Source: Enoplolaimus lenunculus (lineage: Eukaryota). From it: DNA of 63,685 bases. Shown here piece after piece: positions 50,709 to 63,685 of the stretch (its first letter is position 1; every line of letters begins with the position of its first letter). The stretch is from the NCBI GenBank assembly GCA_030248215.1, contig JASANG010002859.1:434001-497685 (forward strand), given 5' to 3'. The notes beneath the pieces were generated by a model. It was not told the origin of the DNA and did not search any database. It worked only from the letters and a program-made list of their open reading frames with translations. A program made the position numbers and the translations under genes.

Positions 50709-51088
50709 GTCTATAAATATATAGCTAGCGGCCCATATTAAGCTATAAGAGCCCGTTTGGAGACCGGAATGTTATGTGATTTAGAGACTAGAAAGGTTAG
50801 GCGTAGGCTTAAGCTAATGTTTAAGCTAACTGCCTGTCTATAAATACATAGCTAGCGACCCATATTAAGCTATAAGAGCCCGTTTGGAGACCGGAATGTT
50901 ATGTGATTTAGAGACTATAAAGGTTAGGCGTAGGCTTAAGCTAATGTTTAAGCTAATTGTCTGTCTATAAATACATAGCTAGCGGCCCATATTAAGCTAT
51001 AAGAGCCCGTTCGGAGACCGGAATTTTATGTGACTTAGAGACTGGAAAAGGTTAGGCGTAGGCTTAAGCTAATGTTTAAGCTAACTGT
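50709..51088. repeat. ~127-bp tandem triplication
   Basis: GTCTATAAATA(T/C)ATAGCTAGCGGCCCATATTAAGCTATAAGAGCCCG...TTAGGCGTAGGCTTAAGCTAATG x3. Confidence 0.9.
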
Positions 51089-51680
51089 TCGGCTTGGTTT
51101 AGCCTTATGCTTAATTGGCAGGCCCTTAAAATGAACGACAGCCCTCACAGCTACATATGTCTTTATCGTCACGTTTCTAGCACCTGTTCTATTGCATACT
51201 TACGCAAATATGGGCTGAAATGATCCTGACTTTTTGTAATATAGCAGCTATATTCGTATTGCAAGTGGGTGAACCACCACTTCTCTCAAAAACGTTGCAA
51301 GACCTATCACCAACCTAATGATAGATGCTAAACACGTTTGAGAATACGGGCACAGATTTCAACCCCCCCCCCCAACCAATTATGTATCCGTTTTGCAGGG
51401 TACTTCATTGTTAGTTAGAATATATATCGCTTATGTTGCATATGGAACACTGCACTGGTACAGTGCCCCCCTCAAACATAAGCCTAAGGGTTGCGCTATA
51501 CTTTTGTTGACGTCCGGCACCGTCCATCACCCGTACGGCGCCATCCGTCATCCTAAGCCTGAGCCCAAGCCTAAACATAACGAAACATAAATCATAGACC
51601 TAAGCCATGCCAAAATCTAAATTTAACAATTTATTTCGATTTACCTCAGTGTATGCAAAAGTATTCGCGACCGCAATGTT

Positions 51681-52469
51681 CCAGTGTCACGAAATATTTT
51701 GCCCCCCCCCCCGTATATTGGTCGGTCGCCGGCCAATGACTGGTCGGCCGCCGGCCAATGACTGGTCGGCCGCCGGCCAATGACTGGTCGGCCGCCGGCC
51801 AATGACTGGTCGGCCGCCGGCCAATGACTGGTCGGCCGCCAGCCAATGACTGGTCGGCCGCCGGCCAATGATTGGCCGGCCGATGAAACGTCCCGTTTGC
51901 CGCCAGCCGGCCGGACAGTAAAAGTCGTTTAGACCACTGCATATTTTAAAGTATTCGACGCACGTCTTTGTAAAACTTAGAAAACTGGCTATTGATATTA
52001 ACGCAAAACAGTCGACTGCGAACTTCCGGCAGAGATTGTGCCGAAGCCGAAGGTGGTAATTTTACCGGAACCGAAGACAATTTTGTACCATGCGTATGCT
52101 ATCAGCCCACTACGCAGTGCAAAATGCCAGAATTGGGTCTACGCAGTGCACAATGCCACAATATTTTGTGTCATTGTTATTCTGACAAGCGTAACAGTAG
52201 TATAAGCATATTTCTAAGCCGATGTACAAGATTAGGCCAACAACAGAAGTCTGTTTCCGGCTTCACCGGAATTTTTGCCAGATATTCCGGCAATTTTGAC
52301 AGCAAAATTTTTTCTGCTGCAGCTTTATGTCAGGAAAGCTTTAAATTGCCAGAGGGATGCGGCAAATTTTCACAATGGAGCACTTTTTCATCGAAATTCT
52401 ATATAAAAATTTGCCCGGGGGACATATTTTCATAAACGGCGGGGGGGCAAAATTTTTCATGACACCGGC
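51681..52469. mobile_element. TIR-bounded element containing a GC-rich 22-bp minisatellite
   Basis: CCAGTGTCACGAAATATTTTGCCCCCCC / GGGGGGGCAAAATTTTTCATGACACCGG; GGTCGGCCGCCGGCCAATGACT x7 at ~51720-51880; no clear TSD. Confidence 0.65.
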
Positions 52470-54085
52470 AATTACGGGGTGGGTGGGGGCGTAGTTCTAC
52501 CTCTAATTAGCCCCATTTATCTGATCCACCAGAGTGACATAGCGTATTAAATTGTTCGAGAAATACAAAGGCTGTGTTTGATTTAAATTCAATGTACAGA
52601 ACGAATTTCCTAACACAATTTAACAAAATTGAGTGTCAAAAACTATTTGAATCTGTACAAACTACACAAAAATAAGCTTAAGCAGTGTACGCTATCCTTC
52701 AAACTGTTTTGTTTATGGCGAAAGGTTTGCTGAGGTCGATGACTCAAGGATGGATCTATAAAGCGACGCAGGGACGTAGCCACGGTTGAAAAACTGGATG
52801 AGGGGGCGACTAGGTCAATAGAACATAAATAAATGTTGTGTTCAGTGTCCGAAGCGAATCCAAAAATTTTTGACGAGGGTGGCAAATACACAGACCCAAA
52901 GTGTATCCCTCGAGGGTTTAAGATTGGAAGCAACTTTTTATTCTGACCCACGGACTCCGGAATAAGTTGAACGTTATGCATACGTGATGTGGGTCGGACT
53001 AAATCGTTGTCGACATGAACGCCGTTTGAAATATCAACGCCAGCGTAGCGAACGTGAAGCCAGACACATTTTTTTGTGCAAATTCAAACGTAGAATTTTA
53101 GCTTTGAGAGCATCCGTTTGCGAAAGCATTTAAGTCATACGTTCCGCGCAGCCATCCACACTAGAGGGAAGAATAATGAATCAGATAAAGCCCGTTGGTT
53201 ATAATTATGGATCACCGGATCGGATATTCAATCCGAGATATCCTCGATCCGTGATACTTGTTTTACTATGCCCTTCACATTAGTGTTAAAAGTGGAAGTT
53301 ACCTAAACAATATTTACTAGTCAACCTGGTTGCAATATTTACAACACCTGCTTTTTGTATTCAGGCTCGCGTTACAACTTCCAATCCATTGGGCCCGTAG
53401 CTAAGGGGGCCATGAGGGCTCAGCCCCCGGCGTTGCCAGAGAAAGTTTCATGAGTCGCCAACCTTCGCAATATTTGTTCATGGATTTTTAGACACTTTTT
53501 TCCGTTGACAACACAAGAAAACCCGCCTTACAAATTTTTCTAGGACTTGAAACCACTCCCATTTAAGTTCCGTAGCTAATGGGGACCAGGATGGCGCAGC
53601 ATCCGTGGATAACTTTTGGACTTCCCTAGAAAATGTTTAACATTACTCGGAAGTCAACGAAAACCCTTGTATGCTCCTCCTGGAAACATTGTAGCCCCCA
53701 AGCAAGGTGAGCTGGCTACGGGCCTACTTGTACGTCTTTGAAAACCCTTCTACGCTCCTCCTGAAACATTTCCAGCCCCCCTGTGAAAGGCTACAGAGCA
53801 AAGTTGTCCCATTTCGTTTCCAAAATCCTGGCTACGCCCTAGGCCCATTGGTAAAAAGCTTAAACTAAAAATATATTCCCAGATCTCTACATAAAACCAT
53901 ATTTCGAGAACAAAATATAGAAAAACACCTTGAATACACGTTCTATTGTGTGTATAAACGAGGTTCTCAGTCAACATAAAACGTGCCGACAATACCGTGT
54001 ATTATATATATGTGTGTATATGTAGTTTTGCACGAATGACGTTTTTTGTGTGTGCGTGGTTAAAAAAGCGGCAAGCTGCCCCGTA

Positions 54086-54461
54086 CTGTATTGACCCGAA
54101 TAAGAGGGTGTGGGGTAATAACAGGGGGTACCCCATTTTCAGTCGAAATCAATAGGAGTCTGTATCCCTAATAAGAGTCCGAAAGCGGATAGAGCCGCTA
54201 AATCCTAATTATGTGAGAAGGGGTAAATTTTTAAAGTACATTAATAAGTATAACATTGCATTATCGCTCAAGCTATTGACACAACACAAATAAATGTTTA
54301 ATTCAACGGATATGTGCAGTACCGGATATAATATATCAGTAAACGAAGGGCGGCGTACCGTGGGGTAAAAATAAATAACAGTCCGTACCTGAATAACAAG
54401 GGGGGTACCCTCTAAAGAGGCCAAATAAATAACAGTCCCCCTCTTATTCGGGTCACTACAG
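54086..54461. mobile_element. MITE family F, inverted copy
   Basis: TA-CTGTATTGACCCGAATAAGAGG...CCTCTTATTCGGGTCACTACAG-TA. Confidence 0.75.
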
Positions 54462-56675
54462 TAGTTGGTCCAACATGTTATGGATGGCCACAAGGCCGGA
54501 GCAGCCGCCCCCATAACTCTATTGAAGGGCCCCACCCCTGAAGGCGACCACCCTAACCGGTTGAAACGAAAACCGCTTAAGTTTTAGAATGCGTGCGGCT
54601 TCTTTTCGCCGCATTTACGCGCGAAACCAAATTTTTTCTAACCAAACTTATGCTGACTATTAATTCTTCTGCAACATATTGCGGACAGGAAATCTATTTC
54701 TAAGATGAAAGTTTTCGCAGGTTTTGTTAGGAATTTTCGGAAAGTTCTTAGATAATGGCAGGGTTGCAGAGACATGGCTGAATGATAGTGATTTTTGGCT
54801 TTGCCTGATTAATCGATGTTGCAAGAATACGGTGTGATTTTTGAGCTTCTAAAATCGTGACTATACCGCAAACAAATAACTCTGGTGGGAAATGGCATTT
54901 TTATACTATTTTTCTACCTGTAAACTTGTTTTTGTGATTTATGTCAAGAATCGAGTAAAGTCAAAGGTTATTTGAGTTGAGCCGTTTTCAAAGCATCAAT
55001 TGCGATTCGTTTTGTGACGTCTGCTTAAGAAATTATCTAACAAAATTAGTCGTCAGAACCTAGGTAGCAATTATGTATCGATGCAATCCTTTAATAAAAT
55101 GCAGCCAAAGGTAAAAATTTAGTACGCTCTTGTAGATAACTTCAATATACATCCATGTATTCCAAGCTAAATTTTTCTACATTGCTCATATTATTTTGCT
55201 TTGCATTCAAGCAAAACATCTTTCTACAAAAACAAAATTACAGAAATTTTGCTGTCTGCAATATGTTTCAGAATCAAGAGTTAATATGATTTTGGACGCC
55301 ATTGTGTTTTAATATTCTTCCAGGTTACATCAACCGAATGTTCTGCTCTAGTTGCTACCATTTTAATTGGAAAATGAAACATCCCATGTTGCTCAAGTGC
55401 TGAATAATTTAATTTTTTCCGGGTTTCAACCGTTTTACCAAGTTGCTTATTCCATCTATCTAAAAAATGAAAAATAAGAAGACTGATTAGTTTAAATGCT
55501 ATGTTTACAACAAATCGTTCGGTAGAAAGAAACTATTGTTTCGACAATTGCCTAACCAAAGTATTTGTATGAAACAAAGCGATGGGTGCGTACTATGGGG
55601 TGACATAGTCCGTTGGGGTGAAACCAACAGTTCCGATGAAACCAACGTGTGCATGAAACCAACCGTCCGGGCTAAGAAAATCTAATGTCATCACTAGTTT
55701 CCAGCTTACGTATAACTGTACCAACATACACCGAATCTACCGACGCCCATGCAAATTAGTGGTCAGATTTAGCCATAAACACACGCCATCGCGTCAGGAC
55801 ATAAAAACGATCGATAACAAAAAACGAAACGCGTTTTATTTAAATAATAATCACACTGTGGGAAAATTTTCATGGCATATCCCACTATGCAGCATAACCC
55901 GCAATAACATACAAAAATAACACGAAAGATCATGAATGAGGTAAGCACCAAAAGGCTGAAACTAAATTCAAGCTTATGGGTATGTGCCACGATGCTTGGT
56001 GCTAAATTTAAATATAATCCTATGATTAATTTGATCTCGAACCTAAATTGAAGTCGACGCCAATATACTTCGAATAATTTTAACATGTAGTATGTAATAG
56101 TGATATAAACCATACCAGAATTCTTCCAACCCCTGGTCTACGGAATGGCGCGGACCAGTTCGATCCAGTGTCGGAACGGTCCGACACGCAGCGTCAGAGA
56201 ATCGCTGATAGGACTGGTGCGCTGTAGACTGCATACGGTCCGGTCCAAACTCGGATCGCGGACGTTTTCTGTGCGGATCGCGGAGTTTCTTGCGGCATGC
56301 GCATGGTTCACACAACAATATGCAATTAAACAAAGTTAGCTACCCGAGTAAACACTGAGCTGGTAAACAGTTCGCAAACATATCGGAAACAAATAGTCAT
56401 AAAAATTCGGGATATAGAAAATCGATATTACTAGTAAATATTTAAAAGGTTGTTGAGGCTTTTGTATGCTTAATCAAATAGGTAATTACCGGGAAGCAAC
56501 AGGAATTGCAAATTTTCGGAACCGGAAAGCGAGAACTACGGGATTTGCTGACGAGAAACAGAATATGAAAATAATTTTCAAGATAAATCACTTGTGGGGC
56601 AAATTCATTTTTATCACAAACAGATATCCGGTCAAACTGGCGCTCACACCTTGCTAAAATCCAACAAGATACTAG

Positions 56676-59600
56676 CTAGCTTCCAAACATAGCCTCCAAA
56701 GTTTGAAGTTTCGTGTGGTACCGTTGACGGTTACGTGCAATATGCATGGCAGTTTCTTCTGAGCGGACTTCAATATAACGTCGTGGAACAAAATTATCAA
56801 TCGCAGTCTTCCAGTCAAACGCATGTGCATCTAACAGTAATCCAAGGCAAATATTGAGCGGCATTACTTTTGAACCACGCTGCCATCTACAACTATTAAT
56901 AATCAGTGCAGTCGCATTCCCTCAGTGGCAATTCACTAAACCATATATACGTTGTACCAAGAGTGGATGATCACTCTTTATAACAAGAGTGTGCAACTGG
57001 GTACATTCTGTGTATTAAACAATGTACCCGGCACGCGTTGCGTTTTTGGCCTACCCCCCTTCTTTAGGAAGGGTCTGTATGCAGTTTTATATCGTAAACC
57101 ACATAGTTGACCCCCCTTAAATGAGGGGGGTAGGTGTACTGAAGCATACTTTATTGTTAATCTCTTGCTTAACCACCCCTGATTGAGGGGGGTCGAACAA
57201 AAATGCAACGCGTGCTGGTAGTTGCACACTCTTGTTATCAAGAGTGATCATCCACTCTTGGTTGTACCAAACACCAACAAAAATTTTACGATGCATTCGC
57301 AAGTCGTTCAACTTTCGTTTGCTATGAACTGCGTTCAAGTAATCAAAACGCTAGAGTTCCAACTCTAGTACTTCAATTTGTCTGACAGAAGCATAACCGA
57401 AATGGTGATACATAATTCCATAGCAACCAAATATTCTTTGAAAAATATGACATGTATTTAAAAATTTCAAAAATTACAATTACAAATGAAATGTTAAGTA
57501 CTTCAGAAATATCAGCACAAGGGAACGTAAAAATTTCCAAGCACTATGCAACCATGCTTAAACTTTTATTTTAAAATTCAGTTATAGTTTTTCTACACGG
57601 CAGGTCAGTAACAAAATGCCGCCAGTTTAACCTAAATCGGAGTTTTTGAAATATGTATTTCTATCTATTCAGTCGCATTATTCCGATTATAATTTAGATG
57701 ATCAGTTGCATACATTTACCAGACAAATCCCTCACAAATAGTTAGCTTTTTACTGGGTTTACAGATACAACAGATACCGCTATACTCGTTGACAACGTCT
57801 TTGATCTGCCTTTTGGCGCTCAACAGCAACGCACATCAATTTGTAAGCAAAAACTTTTGACATGTGGGTCTATCGGCACCATGCGACAATGTGATACACC
57901 AGCTATAAAACGTGCGTTTACACTTAATACATTTCATGCTACGTATTCTGCAAACTCACTTTACAAAATGATCAAAAGGAAATTTTCGCGTTGGTATTCC
58001 CAAACGTTTCGCTTTTCCCAAACCGGACTTTGGTAACCTTGTATCTACGGATGCACCGATTACATAAGTCTGAAAATAATATGTCATGCATAAAATCACG
58101 CCAAGATTGGTAACGGTGCCGCTCTATTTGTCCTGTGCAACGCCGTCCGTTACCGTACTGCATTGCACATGAATAATTTCTCGCGAGCGGACGACACCGC
58201 ACGGTGGCAGATGATGACGCCTTTGTATTACGATGTACGGCGCCGGATGACATCAAACCTTTTAAAAAGCATAGCGCTTAGACTTTGATTCATTAAATAT
58301 ACACTGGAAAAGCTACAGAACGATAACTGTTATCAATTCTAGGTAAGATCCACATTCTGAAACTAAGACTCCCATATCTAAATACTGGTGCTAAAGCATA
58401 GACATACGAAATCATGCTTAACGAAGTTAAGAAAGCTTTGGCTTCAGGAGAACGACCAGCGACAAATCACCCCAATCTCTAGTCTCAAGTATAGAAAATT
58501 CTGAAATACCAATTACCGATCACAGACTTACAAAATCAGGGTCAACGGATTCAAGAGGCTTTTTGGCTTCCGGACAGAGATAAATCAGACGATCAATTGG
58601 AAACATTTCATCAATATCTTTCGTTGAAACGTTCACTAACAAGCCGTTTAAATCTTCTCCGTCGATAAAAAACTTTTGTTCGGTCCATTTTGAAGACGTT
58701 ATGTCGCAATTGGCGAAATGTACATAAAACGGATTAATATGGGACCTATTGACAAAGGAAACTGCTCTGAAAAACATAAGATATTAAAAACAGATGGGTA
58801 GTTAAACAATGCCCTAAACAATTGTGGCTTACAGAACGATATTTCTATTCAGCGATAAAAATTTCGTTTTCTAACAGGCCGTATCTAGTTTTGTATATCT
58901 CATAAAATACCGAAGTAGTGTCAGCGCCATAACCTAGTGTGCGAGTACTGTAACTTGTACATTTTGTACTTCTATTCATTCCTTTCATGCTAACACACCA
59001 AAAGTACTTGTGCGTCATTTTTACGCACAAGCTCTTGGCGTACCATTAGTCTTATCTCGCAACGCTACGAAGCAAATTCAAAATTCTGAACACCAATATT
59101 AACAACAACAACAACTACAAGCAATTTTGACATTAATGCAGCCATTGAACAGGAAAGATTATATACGTCTTGATGGCACAACTGCGTACAGGACATTGTC
59201 GACTTTTGGCGCCGTATAGATTAGTGATATCACCGGGGGCATTATATATCCGGTTTGCCCAATACGCAAAGAAGAATCGCCCGGTCCTACAACACGAACG
59301 CGGGGGACTTATTATTGGTGGTGGGCTTCTACGACATTTGAAGTGCGGGAACACCCGAGTGCGACGGGTCCGCAATCAACAGCAACAAAAACAACAACAA
59401 CAACAACAACGATAACAAAAATAGCTGTATATATATGCATGCACTTACGAATGAACAGCTTTCATTGTTCTATTTCGTTCAATGTAATTGAGTTCGTTGA
59501 AATATAAATCAAAATCATATACCACATTTGGGGTGTCGAAAGGTGTCAAAATCGCGCTGGCAAGTTTGAACGTTCGAACCCGTTGCATACGTTGTCGAGG

Positions 59601-61559
59601 AATACGCAGAAAAATGTTGTTTTGCCATAAACCGTGATCAGAAAAATTCGCAGTTTCTACTGTTGAACCACCAGGAACAAAATTGACTAAAATTGATAAA
59701 ATGCTATGGTTAACTGGCTTCTCCGGGGCGTTTCCTGGGGGCCCCAGATGATCTGGGGGGTCATTGGGGCAGGCTTAAAATTTTACAAACCGACTTTTGG
59801 ACCATTTTTTCATTCCAGACCGTGTTTCCAACTCAACTGAAGATTACTCATCGCTTAACATGACAAAAATTTCTCGCAAACGCTAATAACAATAATTTTA
59901 ACTAATATTACTCACAACTTAACCAGAAGTTGAAAGAAGCACAATTATATAAAACATAGATAATCTATAATTGAAACTGTGATTAACATATATTTTATAT
60001 ATTAGTCACAGCTTCAGTTTATCATAAGGCTCAGGCGGGTTGAACTTGCTGCTGCAAGTTACTTTCGAATGCTGTATGCCCTGAAACGGTCTTTATATAA
60101 TTGTGCTTTTTTCAGTTCATTATTGAATTGTATTAGTTACAAAGGGTATTTGTCACGCTATTAAAAATTATGAGTGCTCAACGTAATATAAAATCATATT
60201 TTGCCGAATGTTCGCCTCAAAAGAAGTCCAGGTCTTTACGTTTTAACATTGAAAATTTTTGGCCTGGAAAAGTCGTGGGGGCCCCAGCAAAAAAATTTGG
60301 TGGGGGGCGGCCGAAAATTCGCCGGGGGCCTTTCCGGGGGGCGGCAAATTTTAGTCGGGGGGAAATGAAAATTTCGAAAAGTGCTGCCCCCCCCCCCGCT
60401 GTGGAGAAGCCAGGTTAAATTGCACGCATTGAGAAGACAGTATTTTAAAATCTGAAAAGTTAAAAACACTAAAAAAGCTTAATACTTAGGAGCATCTGGA
60501 TAGTATATAAAAATCCATCAAACAAAGAATTCTTTTTAGGACAAAAATTTTGAGTGAGAACAATAAGATATCAGTGAACCCATTAAAACGATAGATTTTA
60601 TAGCGCAACAGAATCGCGAAGGATTCCGGATTTTTATATCGCAGCCGGAATTCATATGGCACCATGACATTATTGGCGTAGCCCGGATATCGGAAGGGGG
60701 TTACGTTTACGTTCTAAAATAATTTCGCGGGGAATGTTTATTGTACTGCAAATTGAACCGTGTCTAAAAATCCAGTACAAAAATGACAAAGGGAGTGACA
60801 CCTTAAACCTTTCGGACTACATCCTTGTGACAGACTTACATTTATCAGCCCGAAGCCGACGACGAGATTCTTTTTCTGCTAACAGTTTCAAATTCCGCTT
60901 TTCACGGTCGCCAAGAAACCTCAGATACTTGATTCTTTTCGATCGGTTATCAATATTGAGCAAAATGTTTAATTGTTTGTCAGAAAGCGTTTTGGGCATA
61001 CCACTGTCTAAATGCATAAACGCGATTACGCATCTATGTCTGTATAATTATACAATTTCAACTCTGTACATAAATTAATTAAATGCATTACACGTAGCTT
61101 GTTTGCTGTCACGAAAGTTTTTACATTTATACTCTTACTGGCAAATAGGATTAAACAGATTTTGGTGCTGCAAACGAACAAATTCGTTTCGGCAGTCAGT
61201 GAACACAGTAACCGTATTTAGTAGAGTCAACGCTAACTATTCAAAGTAAAAACATTTCTGGAACGAAAATAGAATAAAATAAAAATATGCAAAATAATAT
61301 TTTTAGCTTAGTCCATTACAGTATATAAATAACAGTTTGAACTGTTTGCAAAAACTAACTCAAATGAACACGGAACTGAAACCATCACTAAACCGTTAAG
61401 GTAGCTGTGTACTCACTCACCAACTGTTTTGAAAACTTCATATTCCGCTGTGTAAAGTTTCAATAGTTCTTCGCGACTTGTACATTGCTTGAATGTGCTC
61501 ATACTTGCAAGTCTGCGACATTTACTGCCGCAGGTAAAGAATATTGATTTATTAAGCAT
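56676..61559 (-). CDS. TRMT10C: Mitochondrial RNase P protein 1 / tRNA m1R9 methyltransferase (TRM10 SPOUT family), 366 aa, 6 exons
   Basis: Minus-strand exons 61559-61421, 61007-60840, 59686-59449, 58766-58532, 58069-57960 and 56886-56676, GT-AG and in phase (1101 nt). N-terminus is basic and Ser/Thr-rich (presequence-like). Motifs RIKYLRFL, GLWQNNIFLRI, VVYDFD, NR....PF.VHF, LIYLCPEA, YVIGASVD, AKRLGIPTRKFP, WQRGSK.MPLN and DWKTAI..VPRR. Confidence 0.88.
56958..57260. mobile_element. P-element-like MITE (family K)
   Basis: ~40-bp TIR CAAGAGTGGATGATCACTCTT..TAACAAGAGTGTGCAACT; perfect 7-bp TSD GTTGTAC. Confidence 0.8.
59130..59411 (+). mobile_element. 5'-truncated non-LTR retrotransposon with (CAA)n tail
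   Basis: LMAQLRTGHCRLLAPY, then a frameshifted YPVCPI.KEE, resembles a LINE ORF2 C-terminus; (CAA)n at ~59376-59411; intronic and antisense to TRMT10C. Confidence 0.7.
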
Positions 61560-62489
61560 TATAAAATGCAAATTAGAGCATAGTTATACATATACTTACA
61601 CTATAATGAATCGGTTCGGTCGGTCGGTAGCTATGTATTGGGAAGTTTTATAAGCACACACATATATACTTTTAAAATTGGGCATCGCATTTGCAAATTT
61701 GAAAATACTTGTATATGCATACCAAAGTGTGATTATGAAAACTTGGCGTTCCTGCGTCAGTTTTCTAAAAACTCAAGGAACGTGATTTTAGCGTATATTT
61801 TAGCATATTCTTACTCAGCATAACTAGGGGATTCTAAAAATATTCAAATAATTCAATTCAACCACTTACTAACCAAACTGATCGAGATGAAACACATCAA
61901 GTTTTGACTAATAATTTCGTACCTACAAAATCCTTTAATGCCTAAAGGATTTGGCAAACAGCGTAAAAAGCCCGGTTTCTGCGTTCTGCAATGCCGGAAC
62001 CGGAAGATATTTCTTGCAAGAATCCTGACCGGAACGAACAGGAATTCCGATAGAACCCTGATTTATATTGGGGTTCAACTGGAATTCCTGCAATAGTTCA
62101 TTCTTTTTCCTGTTCCCACATTCAAAAACGTAGGAAAAGCAACTTTTACGGATTAGTTCAATTTTGTTAATAAATTGTTTCTTATGTGCTTTCCAAAACT
62201 TGATGATGAAATACCTGAAAATTTGCTTAAGCCATTTTTGGCAAGTCCAACAGTAATTCGGTGATGAAAATTAGTTCAAATTCCGGCTCCTGCTCTTGTT
62301 CCGGTTCCTGCAAACAAATTCAATTCTTGTTACTGCTCCTGTTCCGGTAAAATTTTTCTCTTAAAAGCTTAACAAAATGGGAATCGCTCGTATAGAATGG
62401 ACGTCGTAATTTAATATTTTTACTTCCTATCCCCGCATCAGCAATAATAAGCGAACTAAGACTTCACCCGCCAATCCCAATACCAACGA

Positions 62490-63260
62490 TTTTAGAAACC
62501 AGTCGTAGTGGGACTACATTTATTGAGCGAAGCTCGAACAAACGTAAGCAATTAAGGTAATATGCAAATTAGTTATTAGCTAACTATTCATTTATCGGTT
62601 TTGGAGGTTTGTAAGCAATTTCCTCAGATTCCTCGCACCTATAAACCCTTCAGCCACCCTAATAATTATTGGAATAATTTAAAAAGTCCTAATTTTGTCT
62701 CGTCAATTTAGCAAATATGCAAATTATGTATTAGCTAAGTATTCGACAATTGCTTTTAAAGGTCTGTAGACAATTTATTCAGATTCCTCGTGAAAACCCA
62801 TTATTCCTGAAATTAGATTGCTTGTAACTCTAATAATTAGTGAAACACCGTAAAAACGCCTAATTTAGGCTTATCAATTCTACTTATATGCAAATTACTT
62901 ATTAGCTAACTACTCAATTATCGGTTTTAGACGTTTGTAAACAGTCTACGGAGATTCCTCGCACCCAAAAACCCTTTAATACAAAAATTAGATTGCTTCT
63001 AACTGTAATAATTAGTGAAATATTGTGGAAAATCCTAATTTAGGCTTAATTAATTATATATGCAAATTAGCCTGTAGTTAATAAACGGCTTAAAATTTTA
63101 AAACCCCAATGCGAAGTTAATACCCTAGGATAACTGGCTTTCAAACAAAAAAGTTTATGAAAATCGGTTCAGCCGTTCCTGAAATTCTTTTCGGACGGAT
63201 AGACGGACATCCACCTTTCAACCCCACAAGTACAAAACATAAAACGCTTCGCGAAACTCC
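62490..63260 (-). mobile_element. DINE-1-like Helentron, second copy (inverted)
   Basis: Reverse complement of 45042-46022 with fewer internal repeats and a short microsatellite. Confidence 0.8.
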
Positions 63261-63685
63261 GAGCTTCGCTCGGAGTTTCGGTTCGCTTTACTATATACGT
63301 ACTAGGCTGTGTGATAAGTTGGGAAGGCTAGGTTACGACGGTTTTAGTTCTGATTTAGCAGCTGAAAAGGTTTCGAACTCGGTGGATAGATTATCACTCC
63401 AGCGCGCTATCCACTAAGCCACGCCGCCTCATAATCAACTGATGAGTTATTCTGTTTTTATGTCTTATAAGAACGTCAACATAATACACGTGTATCTTGG
63501 TTCTTCCATGTTTTTACTGCTGCTGCATACGAAGCCACTACATATGCAGTGTCGGGTGGGGCCCCAGTGTGCACTCTGTGCCACACTGGTGCCCACCCTC
63601 GGCGTCCCTTGAGCTCCTAGCTATGTCGTTTCCGTGGCATGCGAAGTCCAGCCGTCTCAGTCTCGATCCTAGTATCGTGATTTGT

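Noticed and set aside
51641..51942. GC-rich ORFs; TTGGC pairing-centre-like motif
   Set aside because: The ORFs derive from a 22-bp tandem repeat, and a 5-bp motif match is insufficient evidence.
52643..52981. 112-aa minus-strand ORF
   Set aside because: No recognisable motif or splice chain; overlaps a probable TIR element end (CAGGGACGTAGCCA at ~52768).

Overview
AT-rich, intron-rich eukaryotic DNA, most likely from a nematode (inferred from abundant TTAGGC telomere-type repeats and GT-AG introns). Splicing exons by hand gives four genes. These are an unknown single-pass membrane protein with a long disordered tail (+, ~7.8-14.1 kb, uncertain 5' exons), a TPD52-family gene (+, 29604-33180), an SLC17/MFS anion transporter (-, 35088-50595) and a TRMT10C/MRPP1-like mitochondrial tRNA methyltransferase (-, 56676-61559). 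The rest is packed with non-autonomous elements. The most striking are ~25 copies of two related MITE families with GG...CC ends and mostly 8-bp TSDs (Merlin-like), each carrying an internal (TTAGGC)n tract. Also present are a TTAA-flanked piggyBac-like MITE with a tRNA-derived A/B-box module, hAT-, P-, Tc1/mariner- and Harbinger-like MITEs, two DINE-1-like Helentron elements, two LINE 3' fragments, a 3.4-kb 36-bp minisatellite and several smaller tandem arrays. All calls were made by eye; no database searches were run.
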